A stretch of DNA of 31,466 nt, from positions 1 through 31,466 of the IMG/VR virus record IMGVR_UViG_3300025375_000013. One strand, written 5' to 3'. Of this stretch, positions 19,730 to 29,304 are shown one piece after another. Within the stretch, counting starts at the first letter, position 1, and every line of letters begins with the position of its first letter. The stretch is from a virus. Taxonomy: Duplodnaviria; Caudoviricetes. Position numbers and translations under genes: made by a program. The notes beneath the pieces are model-generated. The model saw nothing but the letters and a program-made list of their open reading frames with translations. It searched no databases and was not told the DNA's origin.

Positions 19730-21037
19730 TTAATAAGTATTATATTCACTATCTAAAGAAGTAAAATTTGGTGCTAATATACCTGCACCATAAGGATTAT
19801 TACTTACGTCTGGAGGATTAGCATTATGTTTCCATCTTTCACTTTCTATCGCTAGATACCTGTTGTTAAACAAGTTCTTATTCATCTGAGTACCTATATT
19901 TGAAATACCTGCTGACATATCACTAATGTTTTTTGATCTAGCATTGAAACCTTCATCATATCCTGCAATCTGATCTTTATACTGTGATTCATATCCAGTA
20001 CCAACCATCTTATCTCTTTCAGCAGATAGAGCAGCCATCTTTTCACCAATTCCTAACTTCTGACCATCAGCTTCAGTATTACTTTTAGAGTAAGCATTTG
20101 CATAGGCGTCAGTCATACCATTATAAGCATTAGCTCTTTGTGCTCTTTGTAGATTTATACTTCCACCAGCATCAGTAATATGAGCATTCATATCATTGTT
20201 CTTCTGCTGTAGAACTCTATCAATCATGTTGATATTATTCTGTTTAATACGATCAACATTATAGTTTAAACTATTTAACTTACTTAAAGCATTTAAACCA
20301 TAGTCCTTAAAAGGATTCTGCATTTGAGGTCTATTAGCAGTATAGTTGTTAGCATTTATGATATTACCAATACCACCTGTTAATTGACTAGCTAAACCTA
20401 ACATTGTACCAGCAGGCATACCTCCTCCACTAAAGTCAGTAATACCATCTGCTGCTGTAACTTTACCATCATTAGCATATTCGCCAGTACCTGAATACTT
20501 GTTATAACCATCTTGTAGTCTTAGATCAGACTGTTCTTCTTTATGTAAGTTACCTACAGTTCTCAATACTGTATTCTTAGCAAAAGGATCTTGATGTTTA
20601 TCTACATACTTCGCTATACGATTGATTTTTGCACTTCTTTCCAACTTCCTTTCTGCCAAAGTCTTGAAATCACCTTTCTCATCTTTTACACCAAGCGTAT
20701 CAGAAAAAACATGGGAACCTTCTGGTAAAGCCAAGTCTATACCACCATCCTCATGGCTGGGGCCATTTAATTCTTGAGACTGACCATCTGGTGTCTGTAC
20801 CACTTCACCACCTTCAGCGTTAACATTTGGAGTTTGACCACCTTGTGCTTGAGGAACTTGCAACTGTTCATTAGAATTACTCTGCATAGGAGGCACTTCC
20901 TGTTGTTGCATATTCTGTACATCAGGATTCTGAGTATCAACAGGATTAGTAATTGGTACAGTACCACCAATTTTAAGTTTCTTAACAGTACCACCACACT
21001 TCATACTTTTAACAGTATTGACTAATTTCTTTGCCAT
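19730..21037 (-). CDS. Cargo protein 1-like internal virion protein (crAss001 gp45-like position), 435 aa
   Basis: Directly downstream of the muzzle. N-terminal xxGG repeats (MKCGG, LKIGG) and the VNAEGGEVV...GPSHEDGG..LPEGSHVFSD signature, followed by a Gly-rich segment (GMPAGTMLGLASQLTGGIGNII) and a long Q/N-rich helical tail. Confidence 0.7.
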   Translation of the reverse strand: MAKKLVNTVKSMKCGGTVKKLKIGGTVPITNPVDTQNPDVQNMQQQEVPPMQSNSNEQLQVPQAQGGQTPNVNAEGGEVVQTPDGQSQELNGPSHEDGGIDLALPEGSHVFSDTLGVKDEKGDFKTLAERKLERSAKINRIAKYVDKHQDPFAKNTVLRTVGNLHKEEQSDLRLQDGYNKYSGTGEYANDGKVTAADGITDFSGGGMPAGTMLGLASQLTGGIGNIINANNYTANRPQMQNPFKDYGLNALSKLNSLNYNVDRIKQNNINMIDRVLQQKNNDMNAHITDAGGSINLQRAQRANAYNGMTDAYANAYSKSNTEADGQKLGIGEKMAALSAERDKMVGTGYESQYKDQIAGYDEGFNARSKNISDMSAGISNIGTQMNKNLFNNRYLAIESERWKHNANPPDVSNNPYGAGILAPNFTSLDSEYNTY

Positions 21038-21038
21038 A

Positions 21039-24000
21039 TTATCTTATAGATGCACCGCTTTCTTCGGTTATGAAATGAACAACAGTATTAATAGTATTAT
21101 CTTCATTTGAATCAATCAATCTAGCTATAACATATCTATCTCTGAATCGTTCAAGAGAACTCCAAGGTTTATTGAAACTAGTAGCACTACTGTTAACAAC
21201 TTTGTCGATAGGATATGTTGTTTTTATACTGTTCCAATCTTTTGTAAATATAGACATGTTACTGCTAATAACACAATCTCTTATATTATTAATTCTCCAG
21301 ACACCTTCTTTCTGAGAGGCAACAACTTCACCAAGTTTTTGTAATCTATTAAATCCTGTACCAGTATTTATAGTAACTAGACCTGTAGACTGTCTTCCAT
21401 TATAGACTACAGCTTTATCAAACATATGTCTACATGAATAAAATTCTTTATTTACATTATCATATCTTCTAGAGTCTGCAACTATTTCTAAGTTATTCCA
21501 TAACTTATTCTCTAAAACATTCTTGTTAGCTACAGCTTCTATGATGAATGGATATATGACGTTATAATATGTACAGTAGTTCTCTAAAGTACCATGTTTG
21601 TATATTCCATTATTAGCTGCACCGTTGCTTAAGTCACCATAGTCTTTGAATATAGTTGCGATTTCTGTTATGTTTCCATAATCTTCAAATATAGTTGCTC
21701 CATCAGATAATGAACCATAATCAAGTTTGATAAGTTCTACAACAGCATCGTTAGTAAACGAGTATGTATTATTAGGAGTACATACATATGCAATAGGTAA
21801 ATAGCTATGAAAACTTATCCAAGTATTTAACTTTAAATTATACGATATGGTAAATGACTTATTGATAAATACAGTGTTGTCATTGAGTGATACTAATGTA
21901 GAGTTAAGTGAATATTCTTCTATGACGAGATTTGAAATGGTGAAATTACCGATTCCATTAAACACTATAGTATTTGAACTACCACCAAAGGAAAAATTAT
22001 CAGTGTTGGAAGCTACGGCAGTCACTTTTCTACCAAAGTTATTTTCTAACGAAGCCTGAACACTTGCTACACTTGTTACAGCACTTACATTATAAGTAAC
22101 TATATAGGTTTTACCAACTTCTAGATTAGATATTGTTATTCTTATGCTAGAATTTACATTACCTGTATGGTTACAAGAACCATCACCGTTAATAATCCAA
22201 CCACCTGAAGCAGAAGCATTTACCAATGAAACATTTGCTATTTTTGTTTTGGTGGTAGCTCCAACTCTCTGAAATTCTCCATCCCTGATAATGATCTTAT
22301 TTGTAGTATAATCAGTCTTGCTACTATTGTAGATACCTCCAAAATTACTAGCATCAATAAACTCAAAATCAGTCTTAGTAATAAGAACTCTACTGTTGTT
22401 TTTATCAAAAGCTGTTATAATATTAATACCATTAATATTGACATCACTAATATCATATCCAACAGTTAACAACTGCTTCACCATATGCTCAACCAAGCCT
22501 TCAATAAAGAAACCATCCATACCGTTCTTAGATATATTGCTAACTTTCTCACCGTCAAATAAGAATACAGCTTTATTAAGATTATCAACAAACAACCAAC
22601 CTAAATCAATCTTACAAGTACCTGTAGAATATTTCAAACCACAAGCACTGTTGTGAACTTTTATAGGAGGAAGATCAAAGAAGGCTCCTGTACCTATCAT
22701 AGTAGTCATATCGGTATTCTGAACCTGCTCTTGAAAGTTCTTCCATTTCTTATAAATACAACCTCTTGTTTGAATATAAAGATTATCAATAGCTCTATAC
22801 ATAGTAATAGAACTAATTCTGAACAGATTAGTAATTTCACCAGTCTCTTGTTCAATATCAATATAGTTGTTAGATAAAAAAGCTTGATAGGTATCTATAA
22901 TCTCATCCTGAGAACTTTCTTGTGACCACCATATTCTATTAGGATATTGAATAACACCTGAAATAGAAGGTATATAATTAATAGGAAGATGTATAAATAA
23001 CTTTTCTCTATTAGCTCTACTAAAATCAGGATTAATATCATACCATTCAGAAGCTGCATAACCTCTATATAACCTACCATCTTGGTTCTGAGAATCTATA
23101 ATGCTCCACTTAGCTGTAAGATAGTTTCTAAATTCAGCGTCATCATAGCCATCAAGATCAACTGTAGTTCCTGCAACATTTGCAAAACTTAAATCAAAAG
23201 TATTTCTTACAGGATTCATAGAGTTTATGAAATCAGGATCACTGTTTGTAAGACCTGTCCTAAGAGAAGTATTTATACAACTTTCAAAGAATACATTAGT
23301 TAATCTATCAGAGAATACTACAACAGCATCATCCGTTGCAGATACTCCACCTCTTAATCCACAACCATAAAGATTATCTGATGAAGCAGACTCACTCATA
23401 TTAAGATCACATATAGTAGACTGTAGACCAAAAGGATAATCAGTAGCTATCATACTTTGCAAATTCTGCAAAGCTATACCAGAAGATATCATTGATACAC
23501 CAGCATTAATAGCCATAAGACCTGCGGCCAAACCTACAGTAGCACCCAATCCCGTACCTAAAATTGCAGGAGTAGCAATACCTCCAGTTAATACTATAGC
23601 AGCTATACCAAGAATAGCTAAACCTACACCTGCTAGAATAGAACTTGTACTATCTTTCTTTTGCCTATTGGCCATTACCATTCCATAATAAGAAGAAGCA
23701 ATAGGAGTTAAAGGAGAAACATAACAATCACCATTAAATATATTTAAAGTATTACCAACTCCATTAGGTTTAAAATAGATAGGATTGTTATGCTCTTTGA
23801 AATAGTTTCTATTCATGAAATTAGAATAAGAACTACCATTAGTCTTTATTAAAGCACCATAGTATATAGGTCTATGTTCAGGATCATTTCCAAAAAAAGT
23901 AGCTTTGTTTTCCATAGTAAACAAAGGATGAGAACTATTAAACTTTATAATACCTATTTTATTATCCTGACAAGCATTATAGTAAGTAACACCGTTATAC

Positions 24001-26729
24001 ACTCTATTATCTGCGGCATTAACATACATGATTTGTTCTATAGTAGAATTTCCAACATCATCATAAGACCATGTTATAACAGGAGCTATAGAAATATCAG
24101 GATTGATATTTCTATAACCTATCAACAGAGTAAAACCGTTATTGTCAGAACCTTTATATACAGCAGGATTAAAAGAAGTGCCTGCCATAGCATCTTTGAT
24201 GACTACACTATAATCTCTTTGATTATAGTTACCAGTATCAGAAGGTTGACCACCATTAATAGAAGTCATTTTTCTACTAGTATCAAGAACACCATAGATA
24301 TCTATATGATCAAAAGTTAATTGTTTACTTGAAAATTGATATTCAGGACTATAAAAATATAAAGTATCGTTACTAATATCTCTTACAGAACCAGAAGCAT
24401 CTAAAGTATTATCAGACTTTATAGTTTCACCATCAACTACCGAAGTCCATTTATTAAAAACATTATATGTAACAGCACCAAAAGTCTGAGTTACTGTATT
24501 ACCAAAAATAGCACTATCAACAACACATCTATCATAATCTTCCTTCTTGTTTCTAACAATATAATACCCTACAATTCTAGGGTCTGGTGCTTCAACATTT
24601 TGAAAATTAATACCATAAATATTAGTATAGTATACAGGATTAAGAACCTCTTCCAAAATAGGTACATAATCAAAATGAATATTAAATATAGAAGAATACT
24701 CTACAATATCACCTGTGATATGACCATAACTATCATTAGAATTTGTAATATGGACAAGAGGTGTAGTATCATTATATACTTCAAAAACAATAGGGTTGTT
24801 AATAATACTACTATTTACAATAACTGAGAACTCATTAGATGTAGAAGAACCTTCTGTCTGATATTGAATAATAGCATTTATCAATAATGGTTCTCCTGTA
24901 AATCTATTCAAAGGATAAGCAGAAGAACCATTAGCAGTTATTGTACACACCAACTTATAAGTACAAAGATTAATAGCTTCTACATCTTTTGAATATAATG
25001 GTATATTTCTAGCATTTCTAGTAGGAAACTTATGAAACCTTTTGTTCATAGTAACTAACTGTTCACCATAAAAATCTTTACCCCAATAATCAGGTGAGTC
25101 AGTATGTATTTCAGGATAATACGAATCTACATTCTCATAATAATCTAAGTTATCATTGAATGTTTCACTATTACCCCAAATGATCAAAGGTCTAACATCA
25201 TTCTTATTACGACCTGGAATATGAAACACAGGACTTTCAGTACCATCATTGAATATATAAACAATACCAAAAGAGTATACTTCACCTGGCATATAACCTA
25301 CACTATTAAACGTAGAGGTTGGGTCTTTTGGATTACCATCACCAGACAGAGTATTGAGATATATTTGTTTAATAGTAAGGTGTGAACTTATCTTACTAGC
25401 ATATTTTTGGAATTCACAATAGTTAACATCTTTTCCTGAACCATTAGCAATCAATAATCTATTTTCTAATTGTTCGATACATTTTGCAGATTCTATTGTC
25501 TCTTTGTTGATAGCAATATCACCAAGATTACCAGTAGTTAGAGAAGTATCATTACCTGTATAAATATAAACAGATTCGTTTGTAGAACGTATTTCATCAA
25601 TAAGAACATTGTTAGGAACACCTGTCATAGCATTACTTTGAATAACTGCTATTCTATAGTAAGGGTAATCAAGATCGAAGTTAGATAACACAATCTCAAT
25701 AGCCTTATTAGTAGGGCCATAAGTCTCTAACGCAGAACTTATATTTCTACTACCTCTAATCTTAGAATATTGATTATTAAGAAGATCATTATAGATGTTG
25801 ACAGAATTACTAGTAGTGATCCAATTAGTAGTATTTAAGTTGCTATCTAAATATTGTAACGCAAATGAATAACTACCTGGTTTAATATTTCCGTTCTCAA
25901 GTATCTTCACACCATCAAAGTTAGGAATCTTATTATATGATTTGATAAGCTTCAACTTATCCATATCCCATTTACTAACACCTGCTGCTATATTACTATT
26001 ACCAACATTTGAATTAATAAATCTAGTAACAGCAGCTATATCAATACCAGTAGCTCCTGATAATATTGCATATATTAAAGAAGCATAATCTGTAAATATA
26101 GAATTATTAACCCACCAATTAATTTCTGTAATATCATAAGTTCGTTTAAATATCTCAGCATACACTAAAGTAACTTTTGCAGATATGCTAGAACCACTAA
26201 CATCATGAGTCTTTACAAAACTGGCAATAGCATTAGATAAGAGACTATTACGATTTCCTACAGGACTAGCCATATGTATAAGATAATCAGTAGCTAAGTA
26301 CTTATCAATGTTATTAATATCCATACATCTAGGAGGATTAATGCCATCTACCCAGTATATATTTCTAACATTGTTAATTTTAGCTCTATATGTACCACGT
26401 ATGCTATTAGCTTTTGAAAAATTAAGTTCTTTACAATTTATTAAAGTAGTATACTTATGATTCTTGTCAATAATACCAATTTCACTATTGTCAGAAGAAC
26501 GTAAAAACAGCACAGTAGAATCATCCTCTATGTAAATATCACCTATTACGCTATAGCCATATGGAATTGTTGACATAAGAGTGTTAGAACTCTCACTACC
26601 AAAAGTCATATTGTTATCAGTAGATATGATACTGTTAAGAGCATACCTATAAGTACCTTCTGGTTGAGCTAAAGGATTGATATCGGTATTCAATCCTTTA
26701 TAAAACGATTGTATTTCTTGTTTTATCAT
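21039..26729 (-). CDS. Muzzle / tail stabilisation protein (P22 gp10-like, crAss001 gp44-like) with accessory inserts, ~1896 aa
   Basis: N-terminus KGLNTDINPLAQPEGTYRYALN, then IYWVDGINPPR, GYMPGEVYSFGIVYIF.DG.ESPVFHIPG, YPNRIWWS, FTISY....NTWISFHSYLP and KEGVWRINNIRD, all as recalled for crAss muzzle proteins. Start revised from 26747 to the ATG at 26729 (MIKQEIQ), which overlaps the upstream TAA (TAATG). Confidence 0.88.
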   Translation of the reverse strand: MIKQEIQSFYKGLNTDINPLAQPEGTYRYALNSIISTDNNMTFGSESSNTLMSTIPYGYSVIGDIYIEDDSTVLFLRSSDNSEIGIIDKNHKYTTLINCKELNFSKANSIRGTYRAKINNVRNIYWVDGINPPRCMDINNIDKYLATDYLIHMASPVGNRNSLLSNAIASFVKTHDVSGSSISAKVTLVYAEIFKRTYDITEINWWVNNSIFTDYASLIYAILSGATGIDIAAVTRFINSNVGNSNIAAGVSKWDMDKLKLIKSYNKIPNFDGVKILENGNIKPGSYSFALQYLDSNLNTTNWITTSNSVNIYNDLLNNQYSKIRGSRNISSALETYGPTNKAIEIVLSNFDLDYPYYRIAVIQSNAMTGVPNNVLIDEIRSTNESVYIYTGNDTSLTTGNLGDIAINKETIESAKCIEQLENRLLIANGSGKDVNYCEFQKYASKISSHLTIKQIYLNTLSGDGNPKDPTSTFNSVGYMPGEVYSFGIVYIFNDGTESPVFHIPGRNKNDVRPLIIWGNSETFNDNLDYYENVDSYYPEIHTDSPDYWGKDFYGEQLVTMNKRFHKFPTRNARNIPLYSKDVEAINLCTYKLVCTITANGSSAYPLNRFTGEPLLINAIIQYQTEGSSTSNEFSVIVNSSIINNPIVFEVYNDTTPLVHITNSNDSYGHITGDIVEYSSIFNIHFDYVPILEEVLNPVYYTNIYGINFQNVEAPDPRIVGYYIVRNKKEDYDRCVVDSAIFGNTVTQTFGAVTYNVFNKWTSVVDGETIKSDNTLDASGSVRDISNDTLYFYSPEYQFSSKQLTFDHIDIYGVLDTSRKMTSINGGQPSDTGNYNQRDYSVVIKDAMAGTSFNPAVYKGSDNNGFTLLIGYRNINPDISIAPVITWSYDDVGNSTIEQIMYVNAADNRVYNGVTYYNACQDNKIGIIKFNSSHPLFTMENKATFFGNDPEHRPIYYGALIKTNGSSYSNFMNRNYFKEHNNPIYFKPNGVGNTLNIFNGDCYVSPLTPIASSYYGMVMANRQKKDSTSSILAGVGLAILGIAAIVLTGGIATPAILGTGLGATVGLAAGLMAINAGVSMISSGIALQNLQSMIATDYPFGLQSTICDLNMSESASSDNLYGCGLRGGVSATDDAVVVFSDRLTNVFFESCINTSLRTGLTNSDPDFINSMNPVRNTFDLSFANVAGTTVDLDGYDDAEFRNYLTAKWSIIDSQNQDGRLYRGYAASEWYDINPDFSRANREKLFIHLPINYIPSISGVIQYPNRIWWSQESSQDEIIDTYQAFLSNNYIDIEQETGEITNLFRISSITMYRAIDNLYIQTRGCIYKKWKNFQEQVQNTDMTTMIGTGAFFDLPPIKVHNSACGLKYSTGTCKIDLGWLFVDNLNKAVFLFDGEKVSNISKNGMDGFFIEGLVEHMVKQLLTVGYDISDVNINGINIITAFDKNNSRVLITKTDFEFIDASNFGGIYNSSKTDYTTNKIIIRDGEFQRVGATTKTKIANVSLVNASASGGWIINGDGSCNHTGNVNSSIRITISNLEVGKTYIVTYNVSAVTSVASVQASLENNFGRKVTAVASNTDNFSFGGSSNTIVFNGIGNFTISNLVIEEYSLNSTLVSLNDNTVFINKSFTISYNLKLNTWISFHSYLPIAYVCTPNNTYSFTNDAVVELIKLDYGSLSDGATIFEDYGNITEIATIFKDYGDLSNGAANNGIYKHGTLENYCTYYNVIYPFIIEAVANKNVLENKLWNNLEIVADSRRYDNVNKEFYSCRHMFDKAVVYNGRQSTGLVTINTGTGFNRLQKLGEVVASQKEGVWRINNIRDCVISSNMSIFTKDWNSIKTTYPIDKVVNSSATSFNKPWSSLERFRDRYVIARLIDSNEDNTINTVVHFITEESGASIR
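21618..21725 (-). repeat. Three 13-aa (39-nt) DYG repeats inside the muzzle gene
   Basis: LDYGSLSDGATIF-EDYGNITEIATIF-KDYGDLSNGA. The DNA copies GCAACTATATTTGAAGATTATGG (21676-21698) and GCAACTATATTCAAAGACTATGG (21637-21659) are 39 nt apart. Confidence 0.85.
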
Positions 26730-27187
26730 TATGGTTTTATAGGCCAAATTATAGAATCAGGAAATCCTTCTTGTTGAGGTATATCTAGTAACAATTGTCT
26801 ATAAACAACCCAAGCATTCTGTTGTTCTGTTGACATACTATTCCATCTTACAGAACTAATAGAATCTACATCTGAGGTTAATAACGAATCTCTTTTTCTT
26901 CTTGTTGTCACAATATTATAGTCATTAATCTCTTTGTCACTAACTATTTTTTTAGAAGTTCTACTATGTTTATCCCAAACATAACCATAACGTATATTAT
27001 CTTTTTCAGCTTTCTCAGCATTTGATAAATGTAAAACAGCACCATCAATTATATAATCATTATTTGTATCAGCAATGCCACATATCAAACTTTCATCTTG
27101 TTTAAGATGTACATGTGTTGTACTTTCACAATTACCACAATGTTCAATAGCTCCTGTAATATTATTATATACTATATAATTTATCAT
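26729..27187 (-). CDS. Phage tail fibre assembly chaperone-like protein, 152 aa
   Basis: C-terminus RRKRDSLLTSD...W..YRQLLLDIPQQEGFPDSIIWPIKP matches the phage tail assembly chaperone pattern. Lies immediately downstream of the fibre gene with a TAATG overlap. Confidence 0.85.
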   Translation of the reverse strand: MINYIVYNNITGAIEHCGNCESTTHVHLKQDESLICGIADTNNDYIIDGAVLHLSNAEKAEKDNIRYGYVWDKHSRTSKKIVSDKEINDYNIVTTRRKRDSLLTSDVDSISSVRWNSMSTEQQNAWVVYRQLLLDIPQQEGFPDSIIWPIKP

Positions 27188-29298
27188 TACTTTTTCATCC
27201 CTGTTACTGTTAATGTAATATTTCTTATATAATCAGTAAGTGTATAACCCCAACTATTAACTCCACCTGTCATTGAATCGTCAGAACCTGCTTGTGCATA
27301 CACTTGAATAGTATCATTACCTGTTCCTGTAATACTCAAAGAAACAGGAGCTTTATAATACATATCAATACCTGAACCTGTCAGTTTATAACCAAATACT
27401 TGTCGATTTCCTCCATTCACATTAGAACCAAGTCTAATCCAAAACTGTACTGTAGCATTAGGAGAATTTAAACCATCAATTACCATATTTACAGTTGCTG
27501 TAAAAGAACCTCCTGAAGTTACAGTAATTACTTGGTTGATAACATTTACCCAATCACCCCACTGAGACCCATTATTACATGAAACACTAACATCACTAAA
27601 AGCACTATAAGTACTACTAGAAACAGCATTATCTTGTATATTCCCAGTAGATACAATATTTCCATTAAGATACAACTTATCTCCAGGAAATGTAATATTA
27701 GTAGTAGAATTACCTATACAAAAATTACCAAATTGTTTAAAAGAAGCACCTATACCAGACATAGTAGTACCACTAATGGCAGCACTACCAGCTATTATAT
27801 ATCCAGTACCACTAGCATTACCTACAGTTAAAGTACCAGTATTAGTATTGATCGAACTAAGATCATTAACGCCTATGCTAGCGGCAGTGATCGCACCTGC
27901 TTGTATAGCACCAGCATATACAGAATTAGCAGCAAGTTTTTGTGCCGTTACTGCATTTGCGGCAAGTTGTGTTGTACCTATACTTCCTGCTTGAATAGTA
28001 CCCGCAATTAAAGCATCTGTAGCTAAACAAGCAGCAGTAATACTACCAGCAGCAATCTTATTAGCTGTAATAGAACTAGCAGCTATCTTATCAGCAGTAA
28101 CACAGCCAGCATACAAATTATTAGCATGTACAGCTCCAGCAGCTAGTTCAGTTGTACTAATAGCACCAGCAGCAATTTTACCTGCTATAATACTACCAGC
28201 AGCAAGTTGTGCCGAAGTAATAGAATTAGTTTGTAAATGACCAGTGGCAATTTGATTAGTACCAATCTGAGTACTTGTGATAGTACCTGTAATGTCAGCA
28301 GCATTAATAGAGGTAGTCCAAGCACTACCTGTATATCTATGCAATAAATTATCAACAGTATAGTATACAATCCTACCTTCAAAATTTCTAATAGAAGGAA
28401 GAGTTCCTACAATTTCAATAGGTGTAATACCTTGTGCAAACTTAGCTATTGTTATAGAAGCGTCAGCAACAATAGCAGTATTGTCTATTGACATAGCTAC
28501 AGCAACCCAAGTACCATTAGTCCATCTATAAAGTTTATTACCACCTATAGCAATACTAGACAAAAAAACTATCTGACCTTCTATACCAGTAATAGGAAGA
28601 GTATATACAATCTCAATACCAGTAGGAGTATCTGGTGTAATCCATGCTTTTACTGTTATCCAAGCATTGTTATGCCATACATACATTTCACCATTGTAAA
28701 TAACCATTTGTCCTTCTGTGCCAGTAGCTGGTAAAGAAGTTACTGTAGGTATACCATAACTAATGTATGTATTATTAATAATAGTACTGCCTATAGGACT
28801 CCAAGAATATTTAGTAGGGTCTGTAGAAGCAGTAGAACTTGTTTGATTATATGCTAAACCAATATAAGTAGCTCCTACAGGACTAAATGAAAATCCTGAC
28901 GTACCATCTGGACTAATAGCATAAGCAACCCAAGTATAAGTACTATCTGGATTAGTAATAACAGTTCCTATCAAGCTCCAATTATAGTCAGCATAGTTTG
29001 TAGATTCTATAGCTGTTGTTTTATTAAAAGCAAGACCTATATATGTTTTGCCAGCAGGACTATCAGACATTCCAGTAGTAGGAGAGTCTGCATATTTGAT
29101 CCACATATAAGTGACAACATTACCACCACCTCCACCATCACCACCAGTACCACTACCAACTATATGACCACCAAGAGTTACACCATCGTGAAGTCTTAAA
29201 TTCCAATTAGTAGTATCTACGATCAATTCTTTTGAAGTACCTATAAACTGATCACAAGCTGTTGCTATACCACCCCTAAGTTTTAATTGTGTACTCAT
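27187..29298 (-). CDS. Mosaic tail fibre / receptor-binding protein, 703 aa
   Basis: Mtd_N/hyaluronidase-N-like start (QLKLRGG...F.G..KELIVDTTNWNLRLHDGVTLGG), Gly linker, two YxWxxYA...YIGLA.N....YxWSxI repeats, three (I/V)xxLP...EG..V.....W repeats, fourteen decapeptide repeats and a beta-rich C-terminal domain. Followed by a chaperone gene. Confidence 0.85.
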   Translation of the reverse strand: MSTQLKLRGGIATACDQFIGTSKELIVDTTNWNLRLHDGVTLGGHIVGSGTGGDGGGGGNVVTYMWIKYADSPTTGMSDSPAGKTYIGLAFNKTTAIESTNYADYNWSLIGTVITNPDSTYTWVAYAISPDGTSGFSFSPVGATYIGLAYNQTSSTASTDPTKYSWSPIGSTIINNTYISYGIPTVTSLPATGTEGQMVIYNGEMYVWHNNAWITVKAWITPDTPTGIEIVYTLPITGIEGQIVFLSSIAIGGNKLYRWTNGTWVAVAMSIDNTAIVADASITIAKFAQGITPIEIVGTLPSIRNFEGRIVYYTVDNLLHRYTGSAWTTSINAADITGTITSTQIGTNQIATGHLQTNSITSAQLAAGSIIAGKIAAGAISTTELAAGAVHANNLYAGCVTADKIAASSITANKIAAGSITAACLATDALIAGTIQAGSIGTTQLAANAVTAQKLAANSVYAGAIQAGAITAASIGVNDLSSINTNTGTLTVGNASGTGYIIAGSAAISGTTMSGIGASFKQFGNFCIGNSTTNITFPGDKLYLNGNIVSTGNIQDNAVSSSTYSAFSDVSVSCNNGSQWGDWVNVINQVITVTSGGSFTATVNMVIDGLNSPNATVQFWIRLGSNVNGGNRQVFGYKLTGSGIDMYYKAPVSLSITGTGNDTIQVYAQAGSDDSMTGGVNSWGYTLTDYIRNITLTVTGMKK
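27862..28281 (-). repeat. Fourteen tandem 10-aa (30-nt) repeats, consensus about ITAxKIAAGS, in the fibre shaft
   Basis: ITSTQIGTNQ/IATGHLQTNS/ITSAQLAAGS/IIAGKIAAGA/ISTTELAAGA/VHANNLYAGC/VTADKIAASS/ITANKIAAGS/ITAACLATDA/LIAGTIQAGS/IGTTQLAANA/VTAQKLAANS/VYAGAIQAGA/ITAASIGVND. Confidence 0.9.
28789..29109 (-). repeat. Two ~50-aa tandem repeats in the fibre N-terminal half
   Basis: YMWIKYADSPTTGMSDSPAGKTYIGLAFNKTTAIESTNYADYNWSLIG (28966-29109) and YTWVAYAISPDGTSGFSFSPVGATYIGLAYNQTSSTASTDPTKYSWSPIG (28789-28938). Confidence 0.9.
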
Positions 29299-29304
29299 AG
29301 TTGT

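Noticed and set aside
26730-26747. Track start sites at 26747, 4023, 30954 and 31396
   Set aside because: Better coupled starts exist at 26729, 4014 and 30894, and the last gene's frame continues beyond the window.
27187-27620. Diversity-generating retroelement target in the fibre C-terminus, suggested by the Mtd_N-like domain
   Set aside because: No reverse transcriptase or template repeat in the window, and Mtd_N alone does not imply a DGR. Cannot be excluded elsewhere in the genome.
27862-28281. 30-nt periodic DNA resembling a CRISPR or satellite array
   Set aside because: Degenerate at synonymous positions, no unique spacers, and fully explained by the protein decapeptide repeat.
8107-28382. 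Short alternative-frame minus-strand ORFs (8107-8307, 12430-12657, 20767-20997, 22895-23080, 28185-28382)
   Set aside because: Nested in larger genes with L/V/I/K-rich off-frame composition. No independent support, although 8107-8307 overlaps the codon-usage patch.
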